A stretch of 41,538 bases of DNA, from NCBI GenBank assembly GCA_036721725.1, contig DAIMKN010000003.1, positions 1 to 41,538 of the forward strand, given 5' to 3'. How positions within the stretch are numbered: the stretch's first letter is position 1; each line of letters opens with the position of its first letter. This document shows positions 8,370 to 17,967 of the stretch, one piece after another. The DNA comes from Actinomycetota bacterium. GTDB lineage: Bacteria > Actinomycetota > UBA4738. Both the position numbers and the translations under genes were made by a program. The notes under the pieces were generated by a model. It had not been told where the DNA came from. It saw only the letters and a program-made list of their open reading frames with translations, and ran no database searches.

Positions 8370-9743
8370 ATGCGGACGTTGATCGCGAACGGGACGGTGG
8401 TGACGGCCGCCGAAACTGTGCGGGCTGATGTGGTGATCGAGGACGAGAAGGTCGCCGCGGTGGGGCTCGGGCTCGACGTGACGGCGGACAAGGTGATCGA
8501 CGCTACCGATCGCTTCGTGATGCCGGGGGGCGTGGACGTTCATACACACTTCGACCTCCCGTTCGGGGGGTCGTTCTGTTCGGACGACTTCGGCACGGGG
8601 ACGCGGGCGGCGGCGTTCGGTGGGACCACCACGTGCATCGATTTCGCGGTGCAGGACGCGGGCGGGTCGCTGCGGCAGGGCCTGGACACGTGGTTCGCCA
8701 AGGCCGAGAAGGCGCAGATCGACTACGGCCTCCACGTCATCATCCGCGAGGTCAACGACGAAACGCTCAAGGAGATGGACGAACTCGTCGGCGAGGGCGT
8801 CACGAGCTTCAAGTTGTTCATGGCCTACCCGGGCGTGTTCATGTCCGACGACGCGTCGATCTTCCGGGCCATGACGCAGGCGGCGGCGAGCGGCGCGACC
8901 ATCCTGATGCACGCGGAGAACGGGGGGCCCATCGATGTCCTCGTTCAGCGTTCGTTGGCGGCCGGGAAAACGGATCCGATCGACCACGGACTGACCCGTC
9001 CTGCGTCCATGGAGGGCGAGGCCGTGCATCGGGCGTTCGCGCTTGCGGAGCTGGCGGGCTGCCCCACTTACATCGTCCACCTGTCCAGCCGCGACGCTTT
9101 GACCGAGGTGCAGGAGGCCCGGGCCCGGGGGCAGGCCGCGTTCGCCGAGACCTGTCCCCAGTACCTCTACCTGAGCCAGGACGACATGGCCAGGCCGGGG
9201 TTCGAGGGGGCGAAGTTCGTCTGTTCGCCGCCGCTCCGAACGGCCGACCATCAGGAGGATCTGTGGAAGGGCCTGGCGAGCGGCGACCTCCAGGTGGTCT
9301 CCACCGACCACGCGCCGTTCAACTACCACGGCCAGAAGGACCTGGGCGTGGGCAACTTCGCCAAGATCCCGAACGGCCTGCCCAGCGTGGAGGACCGGTT
9401 CACGCTCATGTACCAGGGCGTGGTGAACGGCCACATCGGGCTGAACCGGTTCGTCGATCTGGTGGCGACCACGCCGGCCAGGATGTTTGGGCTGTATCCG
9501 CGCAAGGGGACCATCGCCGAGGGGTTCGACGCGGATATCGTGGTGTTCGACCCGAATCACGAACGAACGATCTCGGCGGCCACGCACCACATGAACGTGG
9601 ACTACTCGTGCTACGAGGGGTTGTCCGTGAAGGGGCTGCCCGAGGTCGTGCTGCAGCGGGGCAAGGTTCTGGTGGAGAACGGCGCGTGGCACGGCAAGGA
9701 GGGCGGCGGGAAGTTCCTGCCTCGCAGTCGGATGACGACATGA
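8370..9743 (+). CDS. dihydropyrimidinase / D-hydantoinase
   Basis: AGGAGG at 8354-8359 precedes ATG 8370 (the track start GTG 8361 is less likely). Metal ligands GGVDVHTH and the carboxylated-Lys motif SFKLFMAY are present, plus HAENG and STDHAPF. Confidence 0.9.
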   Translation: MRTLIANGTVVTAAETVRADVVIEDEKVAAVGLGLDVTADKVIDATDRFVMPGGVDVHTHFDLPFGGSFCSDDFGTGTRAAAFGGTTTCIDFAVQDAGGSLRQGLDTWFAKAEKAQIDYGLHVIIREVNDETLKEMDELVGEGVTSFKLFMAYPGVFMSDDASIFRAMTQAAASGATILMHAENGGPIDVLVQRSLAAGKTDPIDHGLTRPASMEGEAVHRAFALAELAGCPTYIVHLSSRDALTEVQEARARGQAAFAETCPQYLYLSQDDMARPGFEGAKFVCSPPLRTADHQEDLWKGLASGDLQVVSTDHAPFNYHGQKDLGVGNFAKIPNGLPSVEDRFTLMYQGVVNGHIGLNRFVDLVATTPARMFGLYPRKGTIAEGFDADIVVFDPNHERTISAATHHMNVDYSCYEGLSVKGLPEVVLQRGKVLVENGAWHGKEGGGKFLPRSRMTT

Positions 9744-9762
9744 CGACGACGGGGGAGAAGCC

Positions 9763-11259
9763 ATGACCGATGCACGCGTGCAGAGCTTCATCGGCGGACG
9801 GTGGACCGATTCCGGCTCGGACGACGGGCAGGTCGATCCGATCCCCAACCCCGCCACCGGCGAGACCCTTGCGCTCCTGCCCTATTCGAGCGCCACCGAG
9901 ATCGAGGCGGCGGTTCGGGCTGCGCGCCAGGCGTTTCCGGCGTGGGCGAACACCCCGGCACCCGAACGCGCCCAGATCATGTTCCGGCTGAAGCAGCTGA
10001 TGGAGGACCACTTCGAGGAGATGGCCCTGCTGGTGACGCGGGAGAACGGGAAGACGCTCCCCGAGTCGCGGGGCGAGGTGCGGCGCGCCATCGAGGTGGT
10101 GGAGGTGGCGTGCGGCGCGCCGATGCTGCTCATGGGCACCAACCTCGACCAGATCGCCGACGGCATCGATGAGGAGCTCGTTCGATTTCCGGTCGGCGTG
10201 GTGGCCGGCATCACGCCGTTCAACTTCCCGAACATGGTGCCGCTGTGGATGATCCCGCTGGCCCTGGTGTGCGGGAACACGTTCGTCCTCAAGCCGTCGC
10301 AGCGGACGCCGCTGTCGGGCGTGAAGATCGGCGAGCTGCTCCACGCGGCGGGCGTCCCCGAGGGCGTGTTCAACATCGTCCACGGAGGCAAGGAGGCCGT
10401 GGACGCGCTGCTGAGCCACCCCGAAGTGGACGCGGTGTCGTTCGTCGGTTCGGCCCAGGTCGCCGCGTACGTCTACGCGACCGGAGCTTCCCACGGGAAG
10501 CGGGTCCAGGCGTTGGGCGGGGCGAAGAACCACCTGCTGGTGATGGACGACGCCGACCTCGAGAAGAGCGTCACCGCCCTGATCTCCTCCGCGTTCGGCA
10601 ACGCAGGGCAGCGCTGCCTTGCGGGGAGCGTCGCCGTCGGCGTCGGTTCCGTGGGGGACGCTCTGGTCGGGGAGCTGGTCGAACAGACGGGCCGGCTGAC
10701 GCTCGGGCCCGGCGAGGACCCGGCCACCGACATGGGCCCGGTCATCCGCGACGAACGCCGCAAGGAGCTCATCGGCTACATCGACCAGGGCCGGGAGGCG
10801 GGCGCCGAACTTTCCGCCGACGGCCGCGGCCTCGGGCCGAGCGACGGATTCTTCCTGGGCCCCACCATCTTCGACAAGGTGACGCCGGATATGGCGCTGT
10901 GGCGCGACGAGATGTTCGGCCCGGTGCTCTCGGTGGTGCGGGCCGCCGACATCGACGAGGCGCTGAAGGTCCTGAACGCCAGCACGTACGGCAACGCCGC
11001 CTCGATCTTCACGGCCTCCGGCGCGAACGCCCGCGAGTTCAAGCGCCGGGCCGAAGCGGGGATGCTGGGCGTGAACGTCGGGGTCGCCGCGCCCATGGCC
11101 TTCTTCCCGTTCACCGGGTGGAAGTCGAGCTTCTACGGCGACCTCCACGCCACGGGCGCGGACGGCGTTCGGTTCTACACGCGCCAGAAGGTGGTCACCA
11201 GCCGGTGGTGGCTCGCTGCGAAGGTCGACGCCTCCGCGCCGGAGGGCCGGGGCGCCTGA
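9763..11259 (+). CDS. mmsA: CoA-acylating methylmalonate/malonate-semialdehyde dehydrogenase
   Basis: 498-aa ALDH with FNFP, VCGNTFVLKPS, the catalytic GQRCLAG and the MmsA-type end FPFTGWKSSFYGDLH. Confidence 0.9.
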   Translation: MTDARVQSFIGGRWTDSGSDDGQVDPIPNPATGETLALLPYSSATEIEAAVRAARQAFPAWANTPAPERAQIMFRLKQLMEDHFEEMALLVTRENGKTLPESRGEVRRAIEVVEVACGAPMLLMGTNLDQIADGIDEELVRFPVGVVAGITPFNFPNMVPLWMIPLALVCGNTFVLKPSQRTPLSGVKIGELLHAAGVPEGVFNIVHGGKEAVDALLSHPEVDAVSFVGSAQVAAYVYATGASHGKRVQALGGAKNHLLVMDDADLEKSVTALISSAFGNAGQRCLAGSVAVGVGSVGDALVGELVEQTGRLTLGPGEDPATDMGPVIRDERRKELIGYIDQGREAGAELSADGRGLGPSDGFFLGPTIFDKVTPDMALWRDEMFGPVLSVVRAADIDEALKVLNASTYGNAASIFTASGANAREFKRRAEAGMLGVNVGVAAPMAFFPFTGWKSSFYGDLHATGADGVRFYTRQKVVTSRWWLAAKVDASAPEGRGA

Positions 11260-11267
11260 CCGCCTGG

Positions 11268-13271
11268 TCACACCTTGAACTCGAAGGCTCCGATGTCGCA
11301 GGCCGGGCCTTGGGGCCGGGTCACGCCCCGCTGATCCACCGGGACGAGGCATCCCACCGTCGGGATCGTATCGATGGCCGGACTCCCGGTCAGGAGCGCC
11401 AGCGTCAGCGTGGGTCCCCCGTTGTTCGCCAGTGCTCCCAGCTTCGGATCGATCTTCAGCTTGTCGGTGGGCTTGGAGGCGAACGTGCACCCGGCAGTCG
11501 TGCCGAGGAGATTGTGGCCGCCCGAAGCGATGTTCCCGGAGCAATCCGGTCCATCTCCGCCAGACTGGGCCTTGTTCAACGCCAGGATCGTTGCGCGCAG
11601 CGTGATGGTGCCGGGGCCGTCCTGGAGCAGGCCGCCGCCGTGCTGGGCGATCACGCTACCTGTGCCGCTCACGACGTTTCGGGCCACCGTTGAGTTCGTC
11701 AGCACCATCGTCTGGACGGCGGCGTCGATCCCCCCGCCGAGGATGACGCTCCCCCCGGTGGCGGGCGGCGAGTTGGAGCTGATCCCGTTGCCGGTGATGG
11801 TGGAGTTCGTAAACGAGACGGGCGAAGAGGAGGACTGGAGGTCGACCCCGCCCCCGCCACTCCAAGCCGTATTCGACCCCTGAGCACTGGCGTTGATCGT
11901 GTTCCGGCTGACCGTCGAACTCGTCATCACGAGCGCTCCGGACACGAGGATCCCCCCGCCAAGCCCCTTCGAGTTCGAGCCGCTGGAGTTCACGCTCAAC
12001 CCATCTTGGTCGAAGGTGGAGAGGCTGACCTTCACGCGCTCGCCGGTCTGGTCGAACAGCCCGCCGCCTTCGGCGAACGCGGGCGACGCCCCCGAGGCCG
12101 TGACCGTGTTCATGGAAATGGACGAGGAGGTGATGGACAGGGTACCGGCGGCGACGTCCAGGCCGCCCCCTTCCCCCACCCCCTCGTCCGAGGCGGCGGC
12201 CACGACGTGGTTGTCGACCACCTGCACCCCACTGAGCGTGGTCGAGACCGCTGAGGTCGAAAGCGCTCCGCCGACCGCGACCGCGCCGTCGCCGTCGCCC
12301 GTGGCCCATGCTCGGTTGTTCGCGAACGTGGAGTCCGAGAGGGTCACGGTTCCGGGAGCGACGCTGAGGTACACAGCCCCGCCGTAGGCCGAAGCGTCGA
12401 CACCCGAGCTCGTGGCGGTGGTCACGTTGCCGCTCGCCGTCGATCCCGTGAAGCTCACGGGGGTGCCGGAGGCTTCGGCCTCCACCGCGGCCCCGAACGC
12501 GTTCGCCGACGAGGCGGCCGAGGCGGCGGCGCGGTTCCCGTCGATGTGGCTCGAGGTGACAACGAGGGGCGCGCTCGACTCGTGCTCGATGCCGCCGCCG
12601 AACGCGTCCGCGGCGGTCCCGAAGGCGACGGGCCCTGTGGATAGGGCCGCGGCCTCGTTCGAGCTCACGGTGGAGTTCACCAGCGTGAGCGGCCCGTTGG
12701 AGAGGATCCCGCCGCCCAACGCGTACACCACGCCTTCCCCGGTGCTCGACGCCTCAGCCCGGTTGTCGACGACCGAAGAGGACCTGAGAGTGATCGATCC
12801 GCCGGTCGAGGAGATGCCTCCCCCGCTCGCGATCGTCGGGCCCATCGCCACGTTGTCCTGGACGGTGACCGATCGCAACGAGAGCGCTCCGCCGGCATGA
12901 GAGATCCCGCCGTCGTTCGGACTCGAGCCACCGGTGATCATCAGATCGATCAAGTGGACCGTTGGCGTACCCGAGATCGTGAGGGTCGACCCCAGGCCTT
13001 AACCGTCGAGCGTCGCCGTGGTCGACCCCTGGAGCGTGAGGTCCTTGTCGATGGTGAAGTTCCCAGAGCACCTGCCCTCGACGGACAGCGTGCTCCCAGG
13101 GGTCGCAGCGGTGATCTTCGCCTGGAGGTCTTGGCTCGAGCAGTTCACCTTGATGGTGGCGGCAGCCGCGGGCGAAGCCCATACAGCCAATGCGGCCACG
13201 AGGGTGGCCGAAACGAAGGATGCTCCCCTCCGCCGAGATCGCGACCCGGGGCTCACGGTGTGCTGACTCAC
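11268..13271 (-). pseudogene. secreted right-handed beta-helix (Pmp-repeat) protein with a choice-of-anchor-Q-like C-terminus, interrupted by one in-frame TAA
   Basis: GGGAGGAGAG precedes GTG 13271. The signal peptide is SRRRGASFVSATLVAALAVWASPAAA. Many GGGI/GGAL beta-helix repeats are present. The C-terminus is ...GGHNLLG...DPKLGALANNGGPTLTLAL..GSPAID...DQRGVTRPQGPACDIGAFE. Track ORFs 12999..13376 and 11268..12953 are in the same frame and are separated only by TAA (12999-13001): ...TTATLDG*GLGSTLTISG... Confidence 0.7.
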
Positions 13272-13452
13272 GCTCTCCTCCCGTCGGCTGTCGGTGCCAT
13301 CTTGCCAAACGCATGTGGGTCTGTAAAGACGTGACGGTCGGGACCGCTCGATTCCCATTGTTTCGAGTCTTAGCAATCGCCGAGCGATGCCCGAGCATCC
13401 CTCCGGGTCCTGCCGGCTGTGGTTGCCCTGGATAGTCCCGTTCGCGGCAGTC

Positions 13453-14293
13453 TCAGCGCTTGGTGGCGCGGAGGCCGAACAACACGGGGAGGTCCTGCCC
13501 GCCCACGGGCAGCCGGTAGCGACCGTCGGCGTCTTTCGCCAGGACGCCCCCTCTCGGATCGAACGCGTCGTCCATCCATTCGGTCAGGGCGTCCATGCGC
13601 AGGCCGGCGTTCGACGCGGCGGTGACGATCTCCCCGAGACGATGGGGTTACTGCACGGTTGCGTTGGCCGTGGTCGGGGCGTCCATGTCGGCGTAGGACC
13701 CCGGCGAGTCGAACCGCAGCGGTTCGGCCCCCTGGTAGGGGAAGTCCAGCACGAGCGGATCCACCGAGTCGAACATCACGTACAGCGGGTGCAGGTCGAT
13801 CAGCACCAGCTTCCCGCCCGGCCGGAGCGCCGCGGCCGCCGAACGCATCCACGCCCCGAGGTCGCCGATCCAGCAGAGCACCCCGTACGACGCGAACGCC
13901 ACGTCGAACCGCCCGGCCAACTCCGCAGGGAGGGCCTGCGAGTCGCCCCCCACGAACTCCGCCGCCAGCCCCGTTCGCTCGGCCAGGCGGCGGGCGCGTT
14001 CGATGGCAACCCTCGAGAAGTCCACCCCGACCACGCGCGCCCCGAGACGCCCCCACGACAGCGTGTCCATGCCGAAGTGGCACTGGATGTGGAGCAGGTC
14101 GAGCCCTTCCACCGAACCGATGGCGGCCGCCATCTCGCTCAGCTCGCGTTCGTGTAGGGAGGAATCGCCGTCCAGGAAGCCCGGCCACGTCGTAGTACTT
14201 ATCGGCGGCGTCTCCCGGTCCGTGGAGGGTCGCGAGTTCGTCCCACCGCAGCCGGTTCAGGGCGAGCGCATCCAGTTCGTCGGAGGAGGTCAT
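13453..14293 (-). pseudogene. class I SAM-dependent methyltransferase, disrupted by a frameshift and an in-frame TAA
   Basis: The N-terminus (MTSSDELDALALNRLRWDE...KYYDVAG) is in one frame. The core (FLDGDSSLHERELSEMAAAIGSVEGLDLLHIQCHFGMDTLSW...VGVDFS...LRPGGKLVL) is in another. The switch is at the CCC run at 14180-14182. The core then reads ...NATVQ*PHRLGEIVTAASNAGLRMDAL... through TAA at 13648-13650 to TGA at 13453-13455. Confidence 0.7.
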
Positions 14294-14384
14294 GGCGATG
14301 CGAGTCTACGGAGGTTCTCGCCTCACCAGATCCGATGAGGCTGTCCGATCTAGAGTGGCCGAACCAGGTCCGAGGAGTGAGAAG

Positions 14385-14831
14385 GTGCGGCTCGGTCCGT
14401 GGGCAGCGGCGCTGGTGGTGAGCCTGATCGTCGTCAGCTGCGCGCACGCGACCGCACAGGTTCGGTCCCCGAGCGCCTCCCCTCAAACGCCCACGCCTAC
14501 CCGCGACCCACACTGTCTGTCACCAGATCGGCCAGGGCTGATCACCTGTGAAGAGGCGATACGCCGGGCGAACGAGGAGGGCGGGCAGGGACCGGACCGG
14601 CCGTTCGACGCGAAGCTCCAGCCCTATCGGTATCACCGCGACAGCAAGCCCGTCCTGGCGTGGGTGGTGACCTGGCACGGGGTCCAGCACGAGTTGAGCG
14701 GCGGCACGACCTACACGAGTCCTCCGGAGTGCGTGCTCGTGGACGATGGTGTGGTGTTGGACGCGCACAGCGGGGCGTTCTACGTCGAGGGTTTCAGTTC
14801 GACCGGACCGATGTCGCCCTGCCCAAGCTAG
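14385..14831 (+). CDS. putative lipoprotein, 148 aa
   Basis: GTG 14385 follows GAGGAGTGAGAAG. The N-terminus VRLGPWAAALVVSLIVVSC carries a lipobox-like VVSC. No family recognised. Confidence 0.5.
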   Translation: MRLGPWAAALVVSLIVVSCAHATAQVRSPSASPQTPTPTRDPHCLSPDRPGLITCEEAIRRANEEGGQGPDRPFDAKLQPYRYHRDSKPVLAWVVTWHGVQHELSGGTTYTSPPECVLVDDGVVLDAHSGAFYVEGFSSTGPMSPCPS

Positions 14832-14861
14832 GGCTGCCGAACGCCCCCCGGCCGCGCCCGG

Positions 14862-14867
14862 TAGAAT
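14862..14867 (+). promoter_or_regulatory. -10-like TAGAAT 6 nt upstream of the purA GTG (leaderless-type promoter)
   Basis: The TANNNT hexamer ends at 14867 and the start codon is at 14874. There is no Shine-Dalgarno sequence in between. Confidence 0.4.
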
Positions 14868-14873
14868 GCCCCC

Positions 14874-16151
14874 GTGCCGCTCTCGATCCTGGTGGGAACC
14901 CAGTGGGGCGACGAGGGCAAGGGGAAAGCCACCGACCTCCTGTCCGCCCGCAGTGACTTCGTCGTCCGCTATCAGGGCGGCAACAATGCCGGCCACACGG
15001 TCTCGGTCGGCGGGCAGCTCTTCAAGCTCCACCTCATCCCCTCCGGCGTCCTGTATCCGCACGTCACCCCCGTCATCGCCGATGGCGTGGTGGTCGATCC
15101 GAACGTCCTGCTGGCGGAGATGGACGCGCTGGCCAAGCGAGGCGTCGATCCCTCGCGGCTGAAGCTCAGCGGCAACGCCCACCTCATCCTGCCCTACCAC
15201 CTGGAGCTCGACAAGCTGACCGAACGCTACCTGGGCAAGCACGCCCTGGGCACGACCAAGCGCGGCATCGGCCCGGCCTACGCGGACAAGGCCTCGCGCA
15301 TCGGCCTGCGGGTCCAGGACCTCACCGACCCCCGGATCTTCCGCGAGAAGCTCGACGTGGTCCTCAAGGAGAAGAACCTCCTGCTGACCAAGGTCTACAA
15401 CCGCCTCCCCATGAAGGCCGAGGAGATCGCCGAACAGTACCTGGCCATGGGCGCGCGCCTCGCGCCCCACATCACCGACACCAGCGGGATGCTGTGGCGG
15501 GCGCTCCGCGACGGCAAGCGCGTGATGCTGGAGGGCGCCCAGGGAACGCTGCTCGACATCGACCACGGGACGTATCCGTTCGTCACGTCGTCCTCGCCCG
15601 TGGCGGGAGGGGCGCTCGCCGGGAGCGGGCTGGGACCGAAGGAGGTGGACGCGGTCATCGGCGTGGCCAAGGCCTACGTGACCCGCGTCGGATCCGGGCC
15701 GTTCCCCACCGAGGATCTGGGGCCGGCCGGGGCGCACCTCGGCGACGTGGGGCAGGAGTTCGGCACGACCACGGGACGGGCCCGGCGGTGCGGGTGGTTC
15801 GACGCGGTGCTGCTGCGCTATGCGGCGCGGGTGAACGGCCTGACCGAACTGTTCGTGACGAAGCTGGATGTGCTAAGCGGCTTGGAGGAGATCAAGGTGT
15901 GCACGGCGTACCGCTACGAAGGGCAGCGGTACGAGGACTTCCCGCCCCACCAGTCGATCTTCCACAAGGCAGAGGCGATCTACGAGGAGGTCGAAGGCTG
16001 GACGGAGGACCTCACCGGCGTCACGCGGTTCGAGGACCTCCCCCCCGCGGCGGCAAAGTACGTCCGGCGGGTGGGCGACCTGGCGGGGGTGCCCGTTCGG
16101 CATCTCTCCATCGGGCCGGCCCGGGAACAGACGCTCACGGTGGAGGACTGA
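14874..16151 (+). CDS. purA: adenylosuccinate synthase
   Basis: N-terminal GTQWGDEGKGK P-loop, GGNNAGHTV, TKRGIGPAY, GTTTGRxRRCGW. Confidence 0.95.
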   Translation: MPLSILVGTQWGDEGKGKATDLLSARSDFVVRYQGGNNAGHTVSVGGQLFKLHLIPSGVLYPHVTPVIADGVVVDPNVLLAEMDALAKRGVDPSRLKLSGNAHLILPYHLELDKLTERYLGKHALGTTKRGIGPAYADKASRIGLRVQDLTDPRIFREKLDVVLKEKNLLLTKVYNRLPMKAEEIAEQYLAMGARLAPHITDTSGMLWRALRDGKRVMLEGAQGTLLDIDHGTYPFVTSSSPVAGGALAGSGLGPKEVDAVIGVAKAYVTRVGSGPFPTEDLGPAGAHLGDVGQEFGTTTGRARRCGWFDAVLLRYAARVNGLTELFVTKLDVLSGLEEIKVCTAYRYEGQRYEDFPPHQSIFHKAEAIYEEVEGWTEDLTGVTRFEDLPPAAAKYVRRVGDLAGVPVRHLSIGPAREQTLTVED

Positions 16152-16156
16152 GGTCC

Positions 16157-17446
16157 GTGAAGGTGCTGGTGGTCGGGGGCGGCGGACGCGAACACGCGCT
16201 GTGCGCATCCCTCGCCCGCCGCGAGGACGTGGACCACCTGTTCGCCGCGCCCGGCAACGCCGGCATGGCCGAGATGGCCACGCTCATCCCCATCTCGGCG
16301 GGCGACGTGGAGGGGCTGGTGGAGTTCGCCGAACGCGAATCGATCGATCTCACGGTGGTCGGGCCGGAGGCCCCGCTGGTGGCGGGCCTGGCGGACGAGA
16401 TGACGCTGCGCGGCCTCCCCGTGTTCGGCCCGACCAGTGACGCGGCGCGGCTGGAGGGCTCGAAGGCGTGGGCCAAGGACCTGTGCCGGCGACACGGCAT
16501 CCCCACGGCGGGCTCGGAGGAGTTCGAGGCGTTCGACGCGGCGATGGCCTACGTCGAACAGCTCGAGCCGCCCATCGTGGTCAAGGTCGACGGGCTCGCG
16601 GCGGGCAAGGGCGTCACGGTGGCTGAGGACCATCACCAGGCCGAACAGGCCCTCCGGGGCGCGCTAGTCAACAAGGTGTTCGGCGAGGCGGGGCTGAAGG
16701 TGCTGGTGGAAGAGTACCTCACCGGCATGGAGGTCTCCGCGCTGGCACTGACCGACGGCATGACGGTCCGGCCGCTGGCCCTGGCCCAGGACTTCAAGCG
16801 AGCGATGGACGGCAACCGGGGGCAGAACACCGGTGGCATGGGGGCGTTCAGCCCGCTGCCGTTCGTGGGCGGCGACATCGAAGCGCGCATCACCGTGGAC
16901 ATCCTGGAAGCGGTGGGACGCGCGTTGCGGGACGAGGGCGTGGAGTTCCGTGGGGTGCTGTTCGCCGGCGTCATGCTGACCGACGCCGGTCCCCGGGTGC
17001 TCGAGTTCAACTGCCGGTTCGGCGATCCGGAGACCCAGGTCATCCTGCCCCGGCTGACCTCGGACCTGGCCGGCGCCTTGCGGGCGTGCACGAACGGCAC
17101 GCTCGCGGACCACGAACTCACGTGGACGCCCCAGGCGTGCGTGGGCGTGGTGGTGGCCTCCGCCGGTTACCCCGGTCCGGTCCAGGCGGGCAGGCCGATC
17201 GCCGGCCTGGCGTCGGCGGCCGAGGTGGACGGGGTACAGGTGTTCCACTCGGGAACGTCGGTGCGCGACGGGCAGGTGGTGACCTCCGGCGGGCGGGTGC
17301 TGACCGTGACCGCGCTGGGCTCCGATCAGGAAGAGGCTCGCGCCCGCGCCTACGAGGCCTGTTCGCGGATCCGGTTCGACGGAATCACCTATCGGCGCGA
17401 CATCGCCCGGGTGACGGGCGGCGTGAGGATCGAGGGAACGGCGTGA
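16157..17446 (+). CDS. purD: phosphoribosylamine-glycine ligase
   Basis: I trimmed the track ORF to GTG 16157 (VKVLVVGGGGREHAL...). ATP-grasp motifs are present: VVKVDGLAAGKGV, NTGGMGA, EFNCRFGDPE. Confidence 0.9.
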   Translation: MKVLVVGGGGREHALCASLARREDVDHLFAAPGNAGMAEMATLIPISAGDVEGLVEFAERESIDLTVVGPEAPLVAGLADEMTLRGLPVFGPTSDAARLEGSKAWAKDLCRRHGIPTAGSEEFEAFDAAMAYVEQLEPPIVVKVDGLAAGKGVTVAEDHHQAEQALRGALVNKVFGEAGLKVLVEEYLTGMEVSALALTDGMTVRPLALAQDFKRAMDGNRGQNTGGMGAFSPLPFVGGDIEARITVDILEAVGRALRDEGVEFRGVLFAGVMLTDAGPRVLEFNCRFGDPETQVILPRLTSDLAGALRACTNGTLADHELTWTPQACVGVVVASAGYPGPVQAGRPIAGLASAAEVDGVQVFHSGTSVRDGQVVTSGGRVLTVTALGSDQEEARARAYEACSRIRFDGITYRRDIARVTGGVRIEGTA

Positions 17447-17967
17447 GCGAACCGACGTCCGGGGCTTCCGAGTCACCGGATCAGCAGCGGTGGCCGGAGG
17501 AGGGCCAGCCGCTCGTCGGCATCCTGGTGGGTTCGGCCTCCGACCTGCCGGTGATGCAGCCCGCCTCCACCATCCTGCGGACGCTCGGCGTCCCGCACGA
17601 GCTGCGCGTCGTCTCGGCCCACCGCAACCCCGACCTGGTCGACGAGTACGCCCGGACGGCCGACGAACGCGGCATCGTCGTCCTGATCTGCGGCGCGGGG
17701 ATGGCGAACCACCTGGCGGGCGCGGTTGCGGCTCGAACGGCCCTGCCGGTCATCGGCGTGCCGCTGTCCGGTTCGAAGCTGCAGGGGATGGACTCGCTGT
17801 TGTCAACGGTGCAGATGCCGAAGGGCGTGCCGGTGGCTACGGTGGCGGTGGACGGCGCGGTCAACGCGGCCATCCTCGCGGCGCAGATCCTGGCCGTTCG
17901 GGACCCCGACATGAAGGCAAAGCTCTACACGTTCAAGGACCACCTCGCCGCGGGCTACAAGCCGTGA
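17443..17967 (+). CDS. purE: N5-CAIR mutase (class I PurE-like)
   Basis: GTGA overlap with purD. Motifs VGILVGSASD, SAHR and GAGMANHLAGAVAARTALPVIGVP are present. Confidence 0.85.
   Translation: MSEPTSGASESPDQQRWPEEGQPLVGILVGSASDLPVMQPASTILRTLGVPHELRVVSAHRNPDLVDEYARTADERGIVVLICGAGMANHLAGAVAARTALPVIGVPLSGSKLQGMDSLLSTVQMPKGVPVATVAVDGAVNAAILAAQILAVRDPDMKAKLYTFKDHLAAGYKP

Noticed and set aside
12999-13650. Possibility that TAA is reassigned to a sense codon, given two in-frame TAAs in adjacent genes.
   Set aside because: purF terminates at TAA (26210-26212) at a normal protein length. The methyltransferase also carries a frameshift, so decay or error is the simpler explanation. Other genes here end in TGA or TAG at the expected positions.
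17443-17967. PurE being a class II (PurK-independent) AIR carboxylase, because purK is missing from the operon.
   Set aside because: The active-site loop reads GAGMANHLAGAVAA, with the His-containing class I pattern. purK is more likely elsewhere in the genome.
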